A stretch of 63,871 nt of DNA, the filler included, from Octopus bimaculoides (lineage: Eukaryota), in NCBI RefSeq assembly GCF_001194135.2. It is 7 parts of 6 records of this genome, joined end to end, with 100 filler letters (N's around TTAATTAATTAA, not from the genome) between each part and the next. Parts side by side here need not be neighbours in the genome. Positions count along the whole stretch, not along the records: positions 23,420 to 30,991 come from NC_068993.1; positions 31,092 to 37,145 come from NC_068981.1; positions 37,246 to 47,920 come from NC_068987.1; 4 more parts are not named here. The stretch is one strand, 5' to 3'. Shown here piece after piece: positions 24,926 to 38,104 of this stretch. Under the pieces are notes generated by a model. The model was not told where the DNA came from. It was given only the letters and a program-made list of their open reading frames with translations, and made no database searches. The first letter of the stretch is position 1. Every line of letters begins with the position of its first letter. The translations under genes were made by a program, and so were the position numbers.

Positions 24926-25343
24926 TCTATAATATAGATCTTGTTCTGTGTATGTAAAAGATTATAACGGCCGTATGTTGCAACTGATTTTCTCCAAACT
25001 GAGAATATACATTAGTTATGTTCCACAGATGGTTTTAGACTCTTAAAACTTTTCACACAATGGGTTACGGGCCCACTGATGGCAGAAAATTTCCGTTCCT
25101 GTGTTACGTAGAGAAAGGAGGTAACACTTTGCGAAGTAACATTCAGAAAATTATTGTCTCTCTTACATGCGTTGGTCAAAAAAATTTCAGTCTCATCTAG
25201 TATATAAAATAGAGAAAGTGTATGTATTCGCTTTTTAGGTATATTTCTATCTCTTTATATCGCTCTATCTATATCTCCGTATCCTTCTCTATCACCATAT
25301 TTGTCTATCTCTATGTATGTATGTATGTATGTATGTATGTATG

Positions 25344-25385
<42 letters not shown>

Positions 25386-26942
25386 ATTTGTCTAACTAAC
25401 TAGCTCTCTCTCTCCCACTCACTCTCTCTATATATATATCTCATTCACTTTCTATTGTTTTCACTTTCATTTTTCATTCGCTATTGTTTTCACTTTAAGT
25501 TCCATCGCTATTGTTTTCAATCTCTATTTACTAACAACGACAAATTACTGACAGAAAGACGTGCAAAATTACTGATGAAAGTAATTTCATACATAATTTA
25601 CTGACAGAAGTATCTTCATAAATTTCACTTCAATCCGTACACTTCGTTAAATTCACCTACAAATTTCTTATTTACTTTTGCAATGCTTTGTGTCCTTTTC
25701 TTTTTTCTTTTGTTGGCAGAATTACTGATAAAAGTAAGATCATAAGTCACTGACAGATGTAACTTCAAAACTTTCACTTAAATCCGTACACTTAGTTAAT
25801 TTCCCTATATTTACTTTTGCAACTGCTTTTTGTTTTTCTGTTGTTAACGGCTTTTTCTGGTTCCTTCGATATTGGCTCTTTGGTTCACTGATAAATTTCG
25901 CTTCAGCCCGTACATTTTTTTATTTTCCGCAAAAATTTATTATTTAGTTTCTGCCGGTCGTATTAAGAAATATAATTTCTGTTACCCAGTTATTATCATT
26001 GTTTACTATCTTCTGTACTCCTGTATTTCTGTATACGTATATAACCATGCCTAGAAGGAAAGTGTCAAATTTGTCTATAATTTCAAGGTCAACGAAAAGA
26101 ATGTCTCTGTCCAGAGAAAGAGAGACAGCTGCAGAAAGGGAAGCAAACCAAGAAACGAACGGAGTGTGTACTACAAAAGCCAGAATATCTCAAAGTGATG
26201 AACAGAGGTATGCACGGCTGACAAGGAATAGGATCTCCACTGCAGGACAAAAGCACAGTTACAACTAACAGAAGCAACTTCTATGAAGCAGCTTTCAATT
26301 ATGATCCAGCAGTTCATTATGCAGATGACACTAGAGTTTCCATTGGTGAAATGACAACTAAGTGTATACATTGTAAAGCAAGGAAGTGGCCTGGAGAGAC
26401 ACCTGCACTGTACTGCAGTGGCGGAAAGGTTAAACTCCCTACAATCCCCCAATTGAAGAAACTGTTGTTATCAAGTGGCCAAGATTCCAAGCACTTCCAA
26501 AACAAAATTAGACAATACAATGCTGCACTACAGATGACATCATTTGAAGCCACAAGACAGTTAACTGAAGAAGGATTCATACAAATTTTCAAGATCCAAG
26601 GTCAGATTTATCATCAGATTGGCTATCTACTACCTCTGTCAAATGAATCACCAAAATCGGCCTTTCATTGTTTATAACCTGTACCTGTTTTTTGGTTACA
26701 AAATAAGCTATACAAAACGTGTTTTTGAATTACGTATATTTACTTTATATACATATATGAGTTGAAAACTTTCTTTTAACATACCACTTAACGTCTATGT
26801 TCCATGCTGGCATGGGTTGGCGAGCTATTAATGTAGAAAGTTGGTATTTTAACTAATAGCAGTTGAGACCTGCGTAATCTAGACGGCGTTTTTAAATTTC
26901 ATTATTCTCTTTAACCTGGGAAACGCCAGGTATATCTGCTAG
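24926..26942 (+). mobile_element. Internally deleted Helitron retaining the RepHel N-terminal region
   Basis: Frameshifted ORF from 26047: AFNYDP...IGEMTTKCIHCKARKWPGET...YNAALQMTSF...FKIQGQIYHQIG. 3' hairpin cctgggaaacgccagg, then CTAG|T. The 5' TC start is tentative. Confidence 0.8.
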
Positions 26943-26957
26943 TATATATATACATAC

Positions 26958-27002
<45 letters not shown>

Positions 27003-28690
27003 AATAATAATCCTTTCTACTATTTGCACATGATATTTCAACTGGTACTTATTCTATAGTCCCGAAATAGTGAAATGCAAATGTGTACTTAGAACGTAAA
27101 CACGGTGGAAATCCCGCAAACGATCTGCCTGCTCACCACCTTATAGACAATATATGTAGTCTGGTTGTGATGTAATGCCTTCGATAACAATATCAGAGCT
27201 GACCTTGAGCTAACAACAACATTTTCAGTCATAACAATAAAGACTCAAAATTAGCTGATAATAACACGTTGTTACAATCAGTCAGCTAGGAGCCTCCGTG
27301 TGACTGACCGACCTGATCGAGAAAGCATATAAAATTCTCATAAATCACAACGTACGGGTTTAAAGGTTAAAGATAAAGATGCATTGAAAAATGTTGCCCA
27401 TGATATGGGGGAAAAATAAAAAATAATAAAGATATGCACAAAAATGACGGCTTGGAATGCATATGAATGATAGGTCTACTCGACGAGGGAGGACTTCAGA
27501 CTAAACAGCAACTTGGAAGAACTGAGATTTGGCTGCATAGAAACAACTTTTAAAAAGTGAAACAAACAAAAAGCAGAGGTGCATTCTCTAAGATGCATCA
27601 GCTGAAGTAATGTAAACAGAAGCAAGCAAAAACAAGAGCTGCATCGATAATTCTAATATAGCAGCAGTTAGCTGCAAAACCACCATTGCACACTAATGGC
27701 ATATTGCCAACGCTATCATTTTTTACATATTTGTTACAGTTGTTGCAGCTGTTGCTTGTTTTGTGTTCTTGTTTTTGCTTTTGATGTCTGCTGTTTCTCC
27801 CCTACGGCTATATTATTGCAGCTTATGTTGGTACCGTTAAATAATCTGGCACTGTTGCAAACTGCAGTTCTTGAATGCCTTCTCTGTGTTATCATAATGC
27901 AATTGTTGTTGCAGTATGCTCTTCTTTTTTTCCATTTCTTAAATTACTTTCATTCATTTATTTATTATTTGCAGTTAAAAGAAAACACGATCTGTTCGAG
28001 TCAACGACCTGCCAGGAATAGCCTGCAAGTCTGTCCCAAATCACAATGCACTAATTTCACATATCTCACAGTAACAAAAACATACCCGGATTTACATATC
28101 CACGCACTCTTTCATACGCACATATATTCACACACCCACGTCCTATACATTTACGCTGCTAATAAAAAGAAATATACAGCTGAGTGTTTCGTAATTTAGA
28201 GTGTTTGAAAGAAAAGCATATTAATTTCGTTTCCAACTTTATTACAATTAAATGAACATCCAAAATAATATGCTTGGACTGAAGCAGTCTAAAAATTGTT
28301 TTTAATAATAAAAATAATAATGATGATAAAAATTATATCTGTATTATATAAAAGCAGGCTTGGCTGTGTGATAAGANNNNNNNNNNNNNNNNNNNNNNNN
28401 NNNNNNNNNNNNNNNNNNNNNNNNNNNNNNNNNNNNNNNNNNNNNNNNNNNNNNNNNNNNNNNNNNNNNNNNNNNNNNNNNNNNNNNNNNNNNNNNNNNN
28501 NNNNNNNNNNNNNNNNNNNNNNNNNNNNNNNNNNNNNNNNNNNNNNNNNNNNNNNNNNNNNNNNNNNNNNNNNNNNNNNNNNNNNNNNNNNNNNNNNNNN
28601 NNNNNNNNNNNNNNNNNNNNNNNNNNNNNNNNNNNNNNNNNNNNNNNNNNNNNNNNNNNNNNNNNNNNNNNNNNNNNNNNNNNNNNNNNN

Positions 28691-28863
28691 GAGAAAGTCG
28701 TGGTGAAAGATTACAGCAGGGTTCGCCACCACCTACTGGCGGAGCCTTGTGGAGATTTAGGAGTTTTCGCTCAATAAACATTCACAACGCCCGGTCTAGG
28801 AATCGAAATCGCGATCCTACGACCGCGAGTCCACTGCCCTAACCACTGAGCCATTGCGCCTCC
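28691..28863 (-). mobile_element. tRNA-derived SINE family E
   Basis: Minus head tggaggcgcaatggctcagtggttagggc...ggtttcgattcc. Also at 35801-35907 and about 36830-37010. Confidence 0.7.
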
Positions 28864-28865
28864 AC

Positions 28866-28918
<53 letters not shown>

Positions 28919-29299
28919 TGTGTGTGTACCTTTGTGCTTGTGATTGTGTTTGTCCCCCCACACTGCTTGACAACCGTTGCTGGTGTTTACGTCGCCATAA
29001 CGTAGTGGGTCGACAAAAGAGACAGATAGAATAAGTACCAGGCTTTAATAAAAAAATAAGTACAGGGGTCGATGCATTCAAGTAAAAACATTTTTCAAGG
29101 CGGTGCCCCAGCATGGCCGCGGCCGAATGACTGAAACAAATAGAAGATAAAAGATAAGAAATAACACAGGCATAGGGATTTTGGTGAACGTACATAGACA
29201 ATAATTCGAAACCAAAGACTACTATAAGGCGGTGTCGCGCTATTGTGACAGCACCTACAATTCTAGCATACTGTTCAGCCTCCTACATCCCATCACTCG

Positions 29300-29620
29300 T
29301 GAATATGACTCAACTTGCTTCAGTGATGTTCCAATGTTGAACAACATGCGGTAAGTCTCTTATGAGGAGCGATGCCTCAATCTTCTCAACACAAAATTGC
29401 AGAACTCCACAGTACATGCTGGGGATTACCTTCTGATGAGCCAAGTAGCATCATGTCGTCTGCAGATATCTGTCGATCGATCTTACAACTACTGAATATG
29501 ATACCACTTTGAGAACGGCTGCACATGTCAATCTAGTTTATAAAAATTATGAAAATGCTAACACCTCAGTTGAAACGTCTTGACTTAACTCAGTTTGTCT
29601 GAAAACAAATACCTGGGCAT
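29300..29620 (+). mobile_element. Possible highly decayed CR1/L2-type LINE fragment
   Basis: SYEERCLNLLNTKL...AGDY resembles the LSYEERL..LNL..LE.RR.RGD RT C-terminal motif. Weak. Confidence 0.3.
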
Positions 29621-29877
29621 TTGTATAGGGATGCACAGCAACAAGAAGTTGTCCATTATGCTAGATTCCTAGGATAAATAAATTTGACTCCTAGGTCAAA
29701 TAGCTTTACCAGGTCTACAAAGCAAGTGCAGAATACGATTTCTCGAAGACCTGCCTTTAGAGTGAAAAACACACATTTAAACCACGAAAATAACACTGAA
29801 AATATTAACAGAATCAACGGTACCCGGGCGAAACAGATCGAAAAGATCTCTCATAAAGCTATATTTTGGGTATAGGA

Positions 29878-29985
29878 TACACGTGGACCGGTTTCTGGTT
29901 TGATATCACCTTACCTTCCTCAGCACGTATTACCTGCCGAGGAAAGTAAGATTATTATATCAGACCAGAAACCGGTCTGCGTGTA
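29878..29985. repeat. Palindrome made of two inverted hammerhead-like (Penelope-type) motifs
   Basis: tacacgtggaccggtttctggtttgatat...cttaccttcctc is mirrored by gaggaaagtaag...atatcagaccagaaaccggtctgcgtgta. Confidence 0.8.
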
Positions 29986-30638
29986 TACTAATACCAAAAA
30001 ATATAGATTTATGCGTCATTTCTAGCAGGTAGACGTACGAGTGCATCCTTATGATTAATATATTTTTAATACTATAGCTATATAATGCTATTTTTTTCCC
30101 GCAGACACCTATATTTATGTTGCTGTTATTATCAACTATTTATATTGCCTTCGATAATAATAGCAATATTAATATCTATATAAATATTCAATCCTGAATA
30201 TTTGCTCCTGATTAAATGTATGTATATATATATTGATCTTTCTTTCTTGGTTCGGCCGTCGTCCGTGCAACATCTATATTCCTCCCTGTGCCTGTGAAAA
30301 CTTGTATCCCTGCCGTAAGGCTTTATTTGCACACACGTCAGCTTAATTTAATTCGTCCTTAGTCGAAAGACACCTGTTGTTATGTCCTGTTATTTGTATT
30401 TGTGTAACATTCTCCGTTTCTGTTCCGTCCTTGTTTTCGTATACATTCGCTGCTTTCCTTCAAGGAATCAAATGCTCTTAGCTTAGTTTTTCCTTGGGGC
30501 TGGCCAGATTGGAGCAATCTCGAGCATAACCATCTGAAATTATAATATTAGGGAATGCAAAATTCCAAACATACAGGAATATTCAATTTAGTAATACCAA
30601 AGTGAATTTTATAATAAATAGTATATGTATATAAATAC

Positions 30639-30971
30639 AATTTAGAGAAGAACCACCAATATACAATTCAAACAATAGAGGAGACCAATAGCCATCAAGA
30701 AAATCTTGATCAATTTATTGTGAATTGTACTGGTTTTTTCTGCTATAATGTGGCCACAAAACGCGCGTAGTCAACACTTTACCTTCTATTTTATCAATTT
30801 ACTATGTTGAATTAAATTCTTAATCTAGTATTTTATAGATTTTTATGGAGTTTATACTTTTCTTTTAAATTTTATAGATTTTAAATTAGTATTTTGTAGA
30901 GTAAGCTTTTCTTGATGGTGATTGGTCTCCTTCATTGTTTGAATTGTATATTGGTGGTTCTTTTCTAAATT
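30639..30971. repeat. 65-bp inverted repeat pair, about 200 bp apart
   Basis: Arms 30639-30703 and 30907-30971, 5 mismatches. Confidence 0.85.
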
Positions 30972-31406
30972 ATATATATATATATATATATNNNNNNNNN
31001 NNNNNNNNNNNNNNNNNNNNNNNNNNNNNNNNNNNTTAATTAATTAANNNNNNNNNNNNNNNNNNNNNNNNNNNNNNNNNNNNNNNNNNNNGTATATATA
31101 TATGTATATATATACATATATATATACTCATACATACATACATACATGTGTGTGTGCATGTCTTTGGGTCTGTGTTTGTCCCCACCCACCACCTGATGAC
31201 CGGTGTTGCTGTGTTTACGTCTCCGTAACTTAGCAGTTCGGCAAAATAATTCCAATAGAATAAGTATTAGGCTTTAAAAAATAAGTACTGGGGTAGATTA
31301 GTTCGAGTCAAGGCGGTGCCCCAACATGGTCGCAGTCTAATGAGTATCAGATAATCGTAGCAACATGAGCAACATGTTATCTGCACACAGATAAATATAT
31401 CAGAAA

Positions 31407-31636
31407 AAGGCGGCGAGCTGGCAGAAACGTTAGCACGCCAGGCGAAATGCTTAGCGGTATTTCGTCTGCCGTTATGTTCTGAGTTCAATTCCGCCGAGGT
31501 CGACTTTGCCTTTCATCCTTTCGGGGTCGATAAATTAAGTACCAGTTACGCACTGGGTCGATGTAATCGACTTAATCCATTTGTCTGTCCTTGTTTGTCC
31601 CCTCTATGTTAGCCTCTTGTGGGCAATAAAGAAATA
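31407..31636 (+). mobile_element. SINE family A (near-consensus, CpG-intact)
   Basis: ggcggcgagctggcagaaacgttagcacgcc...gagttcaattccgccgaggtcgactttgcc...aaagaaata. Nearly identical to 35341-35556 and 54684-54860. Confidence 0.8.
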
Positions 31637-32230
31637 AGATAAATATATCAGACAATGGATTCAGTATTAGCATTGAAAGGTCCATTTGTGTTTTGTCGTT
31701 GCTTAGGACGAAATTTTAGACTAACAAAATAGAAAAAAAAATGAAAAAATAACAAACGNNNNNNNNNNNNNNNNNNNNNNNNNNNNNNNNNNNNNNNNNN
31801 NNNNNNNNNNNNNNNNNNNNNNNNNNNNNNNNNNNNNNNNNNNNNNNNNNNNNNNNNNNNNNNNNNNNNNNNNNNNNNNNNNNNNNNNNNNNNNNNNNNN
31901 NNNNNNNNNNNNNNNNNNNNNNNNNNNNNNNNNNNNNNNNNNNNNNNNNNNNNNNNNNNNNNNNNNNNNNNNNNNNNNNNNNNNNNNNNNNNNNNNNNNN
32001 NNNNNNNNNNNNNNNNNNNNNNNNNNNNNNNNNNNNNNNNNNNNNNNNNNNNNNNNNNNNNNNNNNNNNNNNNNNNNNNNNNNNNNNNNNNNNNNNNNNN
32101 NNNNNNNNNNNNNNNNNNNNNNNNNNNNNNNNNNNNNNNNNNNNNNNNNNNNNNNNNNNNNNNNNNNNNNNNNNNNNNNNNNNNNNNNNNNNNNNNNNNN
32201 NNNATATATATATATATATATATATATATA

Positions 32231-33790
32231 CTAGCTGACGTACCCGGTAATTCCCGGGAAAGTTGGGCTTATCCCTTGGTTCCGTTCTCATAATTGTTTC
32301 GCTAATCCAATAACAACTATACAAAGTATGTAGCCCTTAAAACTGTTTTTATGCATTTACAGAGAATACCGAACTGTTTTAGATAGGATCTTGTTTTTAG
32401 GAAATCCCCATAAGTTATGAATACCCAAATCGTGAAGTCAGTTACGTAATAACACGAAATTAGTTACCAGATAGTAAGAATTCAAATAAAGTAGCCTCGA
32501 AAAGGGCTTTAATGCGTTCCCAGAGTATATAGAACTAGGAGGAAATACCAATAAGGTATATATGCCAAAATTGTGAAGTATGTTACATATTAACAATCTA
32601 ATCGGATATGAGATAACAACAAAGTAAATAACTCTGAAAAGGGCTTTTGTGCGTTCCCAGAGAATATAATCCTTAGGGGCGCTAGTATTGAAATAGATTT
32701 TCAATGAATGTAGAAACAGACTGACATTTAGTTTTACAGTAGACATACAAATAAATTTGCATATAGATTAAAAAATAAAATAACATGTAGATTATCAATA
32801 CATTTACAATACTTACAGATATTACAGTTAAATAATAAATACCTGATGATTTGAATCTTGTTAAGTTTGCAGAGTTTCTTGATAAATAACATTTTTAGTT
32901 TTTCCTTGTGGGGCATAAATAAACAAATGATTTGGATTGCCGACTCCTGAGCATCCCACATAAAGTTGGCCATGGGAGAAAACTGGTTACGCAAGGTCCA
33001 GACCTACCACATCCAAGGACTGTCCCTGGACCTTGTTAATGTCCATTTCAAAGCTCAGTTTCAGCGGGAATTGCAGGCACTTGTACTGGAAAGCATATCC
33101 AAGGGAATAAGTGGAATTCTTACCGCTTGCTTTACCAGTCAAAATTGTTGTCTCCAAGACTGTTAACATCATCTTCTTTATTATAAGCCGTGTGTCATTG
33201 CAAAGCTTTGGTGGATCGAGGTTTCGAAGCAGCATAACTGGTTCCCCAATCCTGAGGTGATTGTTGTGAAGTGGGAGGCCGGGCGGTGTTAGACTATTCA
33301 AGAATTCAACTGGATATTTCACAGCGTCATCGATGCTGAGTACAGTGTCGATGGAATTGTAGATGTGACACTCACCTGGCAACTGTTCCAGAAGTTTGAT
33401 GATCAACCGCCACATTCTTTGGAGCTAAAATGGCGCTGGTTTTCAGCCAGTTGTGGTCTGTGAACTGATTCCCCAGGTTAGGAAACACCTTATTCATTAG
33501 TTCCTTTAAATCAGATACCATATGTCCAAAAGGCAAGCTTACCCGGCCATCCTTCTCACCAACCGAAGTGTCATTACCGACATCCAACAGTTGCTTTGAA
33601 ATGGTTCTGTCTGCATCATCACCACTGAGCTGTAGTCTCATGTTGGTTGTGAGTCTTAGCTTTTGCACACTGCTCCATAGGTAGGACGACTTTATGCTGG
33701 CATTTACTTCATCAACTCTTGTCTCCTTTAGAACCACATGAAGGATTTGTCTAAAGTCTCCTACGAGCAAGACTGTACCTAAAGTCTCAT
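32231..33790 (-). mobile_element. Helitron 3' fragment (PIF1-like helicase C-terminus)
   Basis: LLVGDFRQIL, LTTNMR, YPVEFLNSLTPPGLP, MLLRNLDPPKLCNDTRL, INKVQGQSL, FSHGQLYV motifs. 3' hairpin cccgggaattaccggg and CTAG|T. Confidence 0.92.
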
Positions 33791-34154
33791 ACGAGCAAGA
33801 GTGTACCTATGTGCGACAAACATGTCGTCATCCGCATTCTTTGAGTAGTATTTTGTTTCTTCTATCTCGGAAGGATTGAAGGGAAAAGCCGATCTCTGCT
33901 GGGTCTGGACACAGATAGGACATACACTTTTTGAGTTCAAATCCATCAGAAGACGACTTTGCCTTTATATATATTTTCAGTGGTCGATAAATCATCATTG
34001 TCCTCCTCCTCCTTCTTCTCATCATCATCATCATCGACGTCGTCATCATTATCATCAACATCGTTGTCGTCATCATCGTCCTCGTCGTCACCGCCACCGC
34101 CGTCACGACGACGACGACGATGACGAAGATGACGACGACGACGACGACCACCAC

Positions 34155-34187
<33 letters not shown>

Positions 34188-34419
34188 ACCGAGGCTAAGA
34201 GGAAATCTCTTCGTGGTCCTAAGACATACTAGAAACAGCATCGAAATCTCCCTGAAATCATATCCTGTCATCTTGAAAAAAATCAAGAGAAAAGGAACAT
34301 TAGATAGTTTTAGTTACCTCTAAAAGATGGGATACTCATGGCAGAAATGTCTTAGGTGATAGATCGAATTTTTAATGAATCAGCGTTGCTCAGGGACTAA
34401 GTAGCAGTATGCAGTAAAA

Positions 34420-35065
34420 ATGGTTTCAAATTTTGGCATTAGGTCAGTAGTTTTATGGTGGAGGTAAGTCGATTACATCGACCTTAACTGGTACTTCTTT
34501 AAACGGCCTCGAAAGAAAGAAAGAAAGAAAGAAGGAATGAAAGAAAGAAAGAAAGGCAAAGTTGACCTCGGTAGAATTTGAACGCAGAACGTAAAGAGGT
34601 GGAAGAAATTCAGTTAAGCATTTTGCCCGGTGCGCTAACGATTCTGCCAGTAATAATGGTTACAAATTGTAGCGCAAGGCAGCAATTTCGGGGAGGGGCA
34701 AATCGATTACATCGACCCCCGTGCTTAACTGGTACTTATTTTACCGACGCCATAAGGATGAAAGGCAAATTTAATCGTGGCAGAATTTCAACTCAGAACA
34801 TAAAGACGGACGAAAGGTTTCTAAGCATTTTGTCCGGCGTGCTAACGATTTTGCCAGCCTGCCACTTGATTCTACCAGAAATACTCCTTTCTATTGTCGG
34901 CACAAAGCTTGAAATTTCGGGGTGGAGATGGCTAGGGGATTACATCGATCCCAGTACTTCATTGGTACCTATTTTATCAACCCCGAACGTATGAAAGGCA
35001 AAGTCGACCTCGGCGAAATTTGAACTCTTTTGCCCGGCGTGCTAACGATTCTACCAGCTTACCAC
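34420..35065 (-). mobile_element. Chain of three partial family A SINEs
   Basis: Three head-to-tail repeats of gaaaggcaaa...atttgaac...tttgcccgg.gtgctaacgatt. Confidence 0.75.
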
Positions 35066-35177
35066 CACCACCACCAACAACAACAACAAATTCAACTGCA
35101 ATAACAACTACAGTCGCAACAGCAATAAAGACAATAGGACACTTAACAATGACAACAATATTACACTAGCTCTGTTG

Positions 35178-35340
35178 TTGTTGGCACCCGACGTCGAGGG
35201 TTCCAATTGATCCGATCAACGGAACAGCCTGCTCGTGAAATTAACGTGCAAGTGGCTGAACACTCCACAGACACGTGTACCCTTAACGTAGTTCTCGGGG
35301 ATATTCAGCGTGACACAGTGTGACATGGCTGACCCTTTAA
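35178..35340 (+). mobile_element. SINE-like interspersed repeat fragment
   Basis: ggaacagcctgctcgtgaaattaacgtgcaagtggctgaacactccacagacacgtgtacccttaacgtagttctc, recognised as a recurrent repeat. Family not assigned. Confidence 0.45.
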
Positions 35341-35556
35341 GGTGGTGAGCTGGCAGAAACGTTAGCACGCCGGGCGAAATGCTTAGCGGTATTTCGTCTG
35401 CCGCTACGTTCTGAGTTCAAATTCCGCCGAGGTCGACTTAGCCTTTCATCCTTTCAGGGTCGATTAAATAAGTACCAGTTACGCACTGGAGTCGATGTAA
35501 TCGACTTAATCTCTTTGTCTGTCCTTGTTTGTCCCCTCTATGCTTAGCCCCTTGTG
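35341..35556 (+). mobile_element. SINE family A
   Basis: Near-identical to 31407-31636; runs into an N gap. Confidence 0.8.
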
Positions 35557-36381
35557 NNNNNNNNNNNNNNNNNNNNNNNNNNNNNNNNNNNNNNNNNNNN
35601 NNNNNNNNNNNNNNNNNNNNNNNNNNNNNNNNNNNNNNNNNNNNNNNNNNNNNNNNNNNNNNNNNNNNNNNNNNNNNNNNNNNNNNNNNNNNNNNNNNNN
35701 NNNNNNNNNNNNNNNNNNNNNNNNNNNNNNNNNNNNNNNNNNNNNNNNNNNNNNNNNNNNNNNNNNNNNNNNNNNNNNNNNNNNNNNNNNNNNNNNNNNN
35801 NATGTGTTTTCGCTCAATAAACACTCACAATGTCCAGTCTGGGAATCGAAACCGCGATCCTATGACCGCGAGTTCGCTGCCCTAACCACTGGGCCATTGC
35901 ACCTCCACACAAGCTCTATCAACAAGAGATCACTATTAACTAAATGAATACACTTCCTTCCCTCATCTGCACTCCACCGTCACCGCACCCACCACCCCAC
36001 GACGACGACGACGACGACGGCCACCACCACCACCACCATCATTGTAAGCGTTTCCTGCTGTTGCTGGGTCTTTTTCTCAGCGCCACTCTTCCTTCTTGCT
36101 GATCGGTTGTCGTAACCAGGTTCAACAATGTAATTATTCATTCAATACAGCGACACAAACTTTTACAGGTACGTTTTATTGACTTCAGCTCATCTGTGTG
36201 GACGCACGCGCACGTGTACAAGTGTGTGTGTGTGTGTATGTGTGTACGCGCACATATGTAAGAGTGTACTCTGAGCTCTGTGTGTGCATGTATGTGTGGG
36301 TGTGTAGTCAAAGCAGCTTGTGTGAGTGTGGATGTGTATGTAGTCTGTGCTTCGCATGCACTCGCGTGATGTGCGTGTGTG

Positions 36382-36488
<107 letters not shown>

Positions 36489-38027
36489 TCTGTGTAATTT
36501 GTGTGTATATGTATGTGTGCATGTGTGTGTGAGAGAAAATAGTTTATGTAGTTTGCTTGTGTGTGTAGCCTGTGGCTTGCATGCGCCCCTGTGATGTGAT
36601 GTGATGTGTGTGTATGTGTGTGTGTGTGAATATGTATAACAAATGTTCATGTGTTTGGCAAATCCTTCCCTGTTTTGTATTGTAAAATACATGTTGTATG
36701 CAAAAAAAAAACACCCCCCCCCAAAAAAAAACGAAACCATAGTCATCACCTGACAGCGGGTTTGGTAACATGTACCATGCTTTTGATAATGGTTTTAGTT
36801 GCCTCCTTTCAGCACTCCTTCACTTAAACTAGAGGAACACCCACGATATAACTGCTGGTGCGAGTGACGGCTGCACCAACGCTTGGGTTGAGTAGATGGA
36901 ACAGTGTGAAACGATGTACGATGCTCAAAGCAAAACCGCACTACCTGGCTCAGGAATCGAATGCATGTCTTTATAATCACGAGCACAGTACTCTAACGAT
37001 CACACACGGGCACACGTACGCACAAACGAAAGTCTGTCTGTTTGTTAGGTTGTCTGTCTGAATTTATATTGAATATTGAATATTAGCGCGCTAGAGCTGA
37101 GACAACAAAAGAAAGGAAGAGACCTCGATATTATGTAAATAGAGGNNNNNNNNNNNNNNNNNNNNNNNNNNNNNNNNNNNNNNNNNNNNTTAATTAATTA
37201 ANNNNNNNNNNNNNNNNNNNNNNNNNNNNNNNNNNNNNNNNNNNNTTAAAAAATTAATAAACATGAAAAGTGAAAAGATTAATCATCTTACTGAATCTGA
37301 TAACCTTTTAACAAATCTTAACCAATCCTATTGAGGACGCCAAACGTCAACAATATGTTGAAGTATTGAATCAAAAGGAATTAACTCATTTAATCCAATC
37401 TCTTGTCGCCACATTAACTTGATTTTTTAGTGGGGGAGATAACCCAGTTTTTTAATGGCAATTTTTTAATGGGGGTGAGATAACCAAAAAGTACCATAAA
37501 GTCTACAAATTACTCACATGGACTCTACCAAACAACATTTACGAATATTCCAGAAAAAAAAAAACGTACGACTTACAAGTACGAAAAACTTAAACAAAAC
37601 AAAAACGCGCACAGAAACAATTACAATAAAACCAGGAAGTATGCTATCACCCTTTGCAACTTTACATGTCTGTACAGAATATATTGAAAAAGTAAACGTA
37701 GCTTATTAAAAAATAAACTATGTAAATATGATATAGAAACTTGAAAAATTCACGGACGGCACTAGAAACATCTTTATGTAACTAAAGGTTTTTATCATTA
37801 CTCACAACATTTATGTAGCAATGTTTTAGGAGATATCTTTAATACTAGAACACCATTCTAAACTAATCTCAAAATGGGGCCAACAGACCCTTTTATAACA
37901 ATGGTGGTCTTATATCTTACACAAACACTTGCGCTCAACGCAAATGATATGGAGGATGATACACTAAAAGTGCAGGATGAAAACAATACAAAGCACATTA
38001 ACATAAATACATACACACACACACACA

Positions 38028-38104
<77 letters not shown>

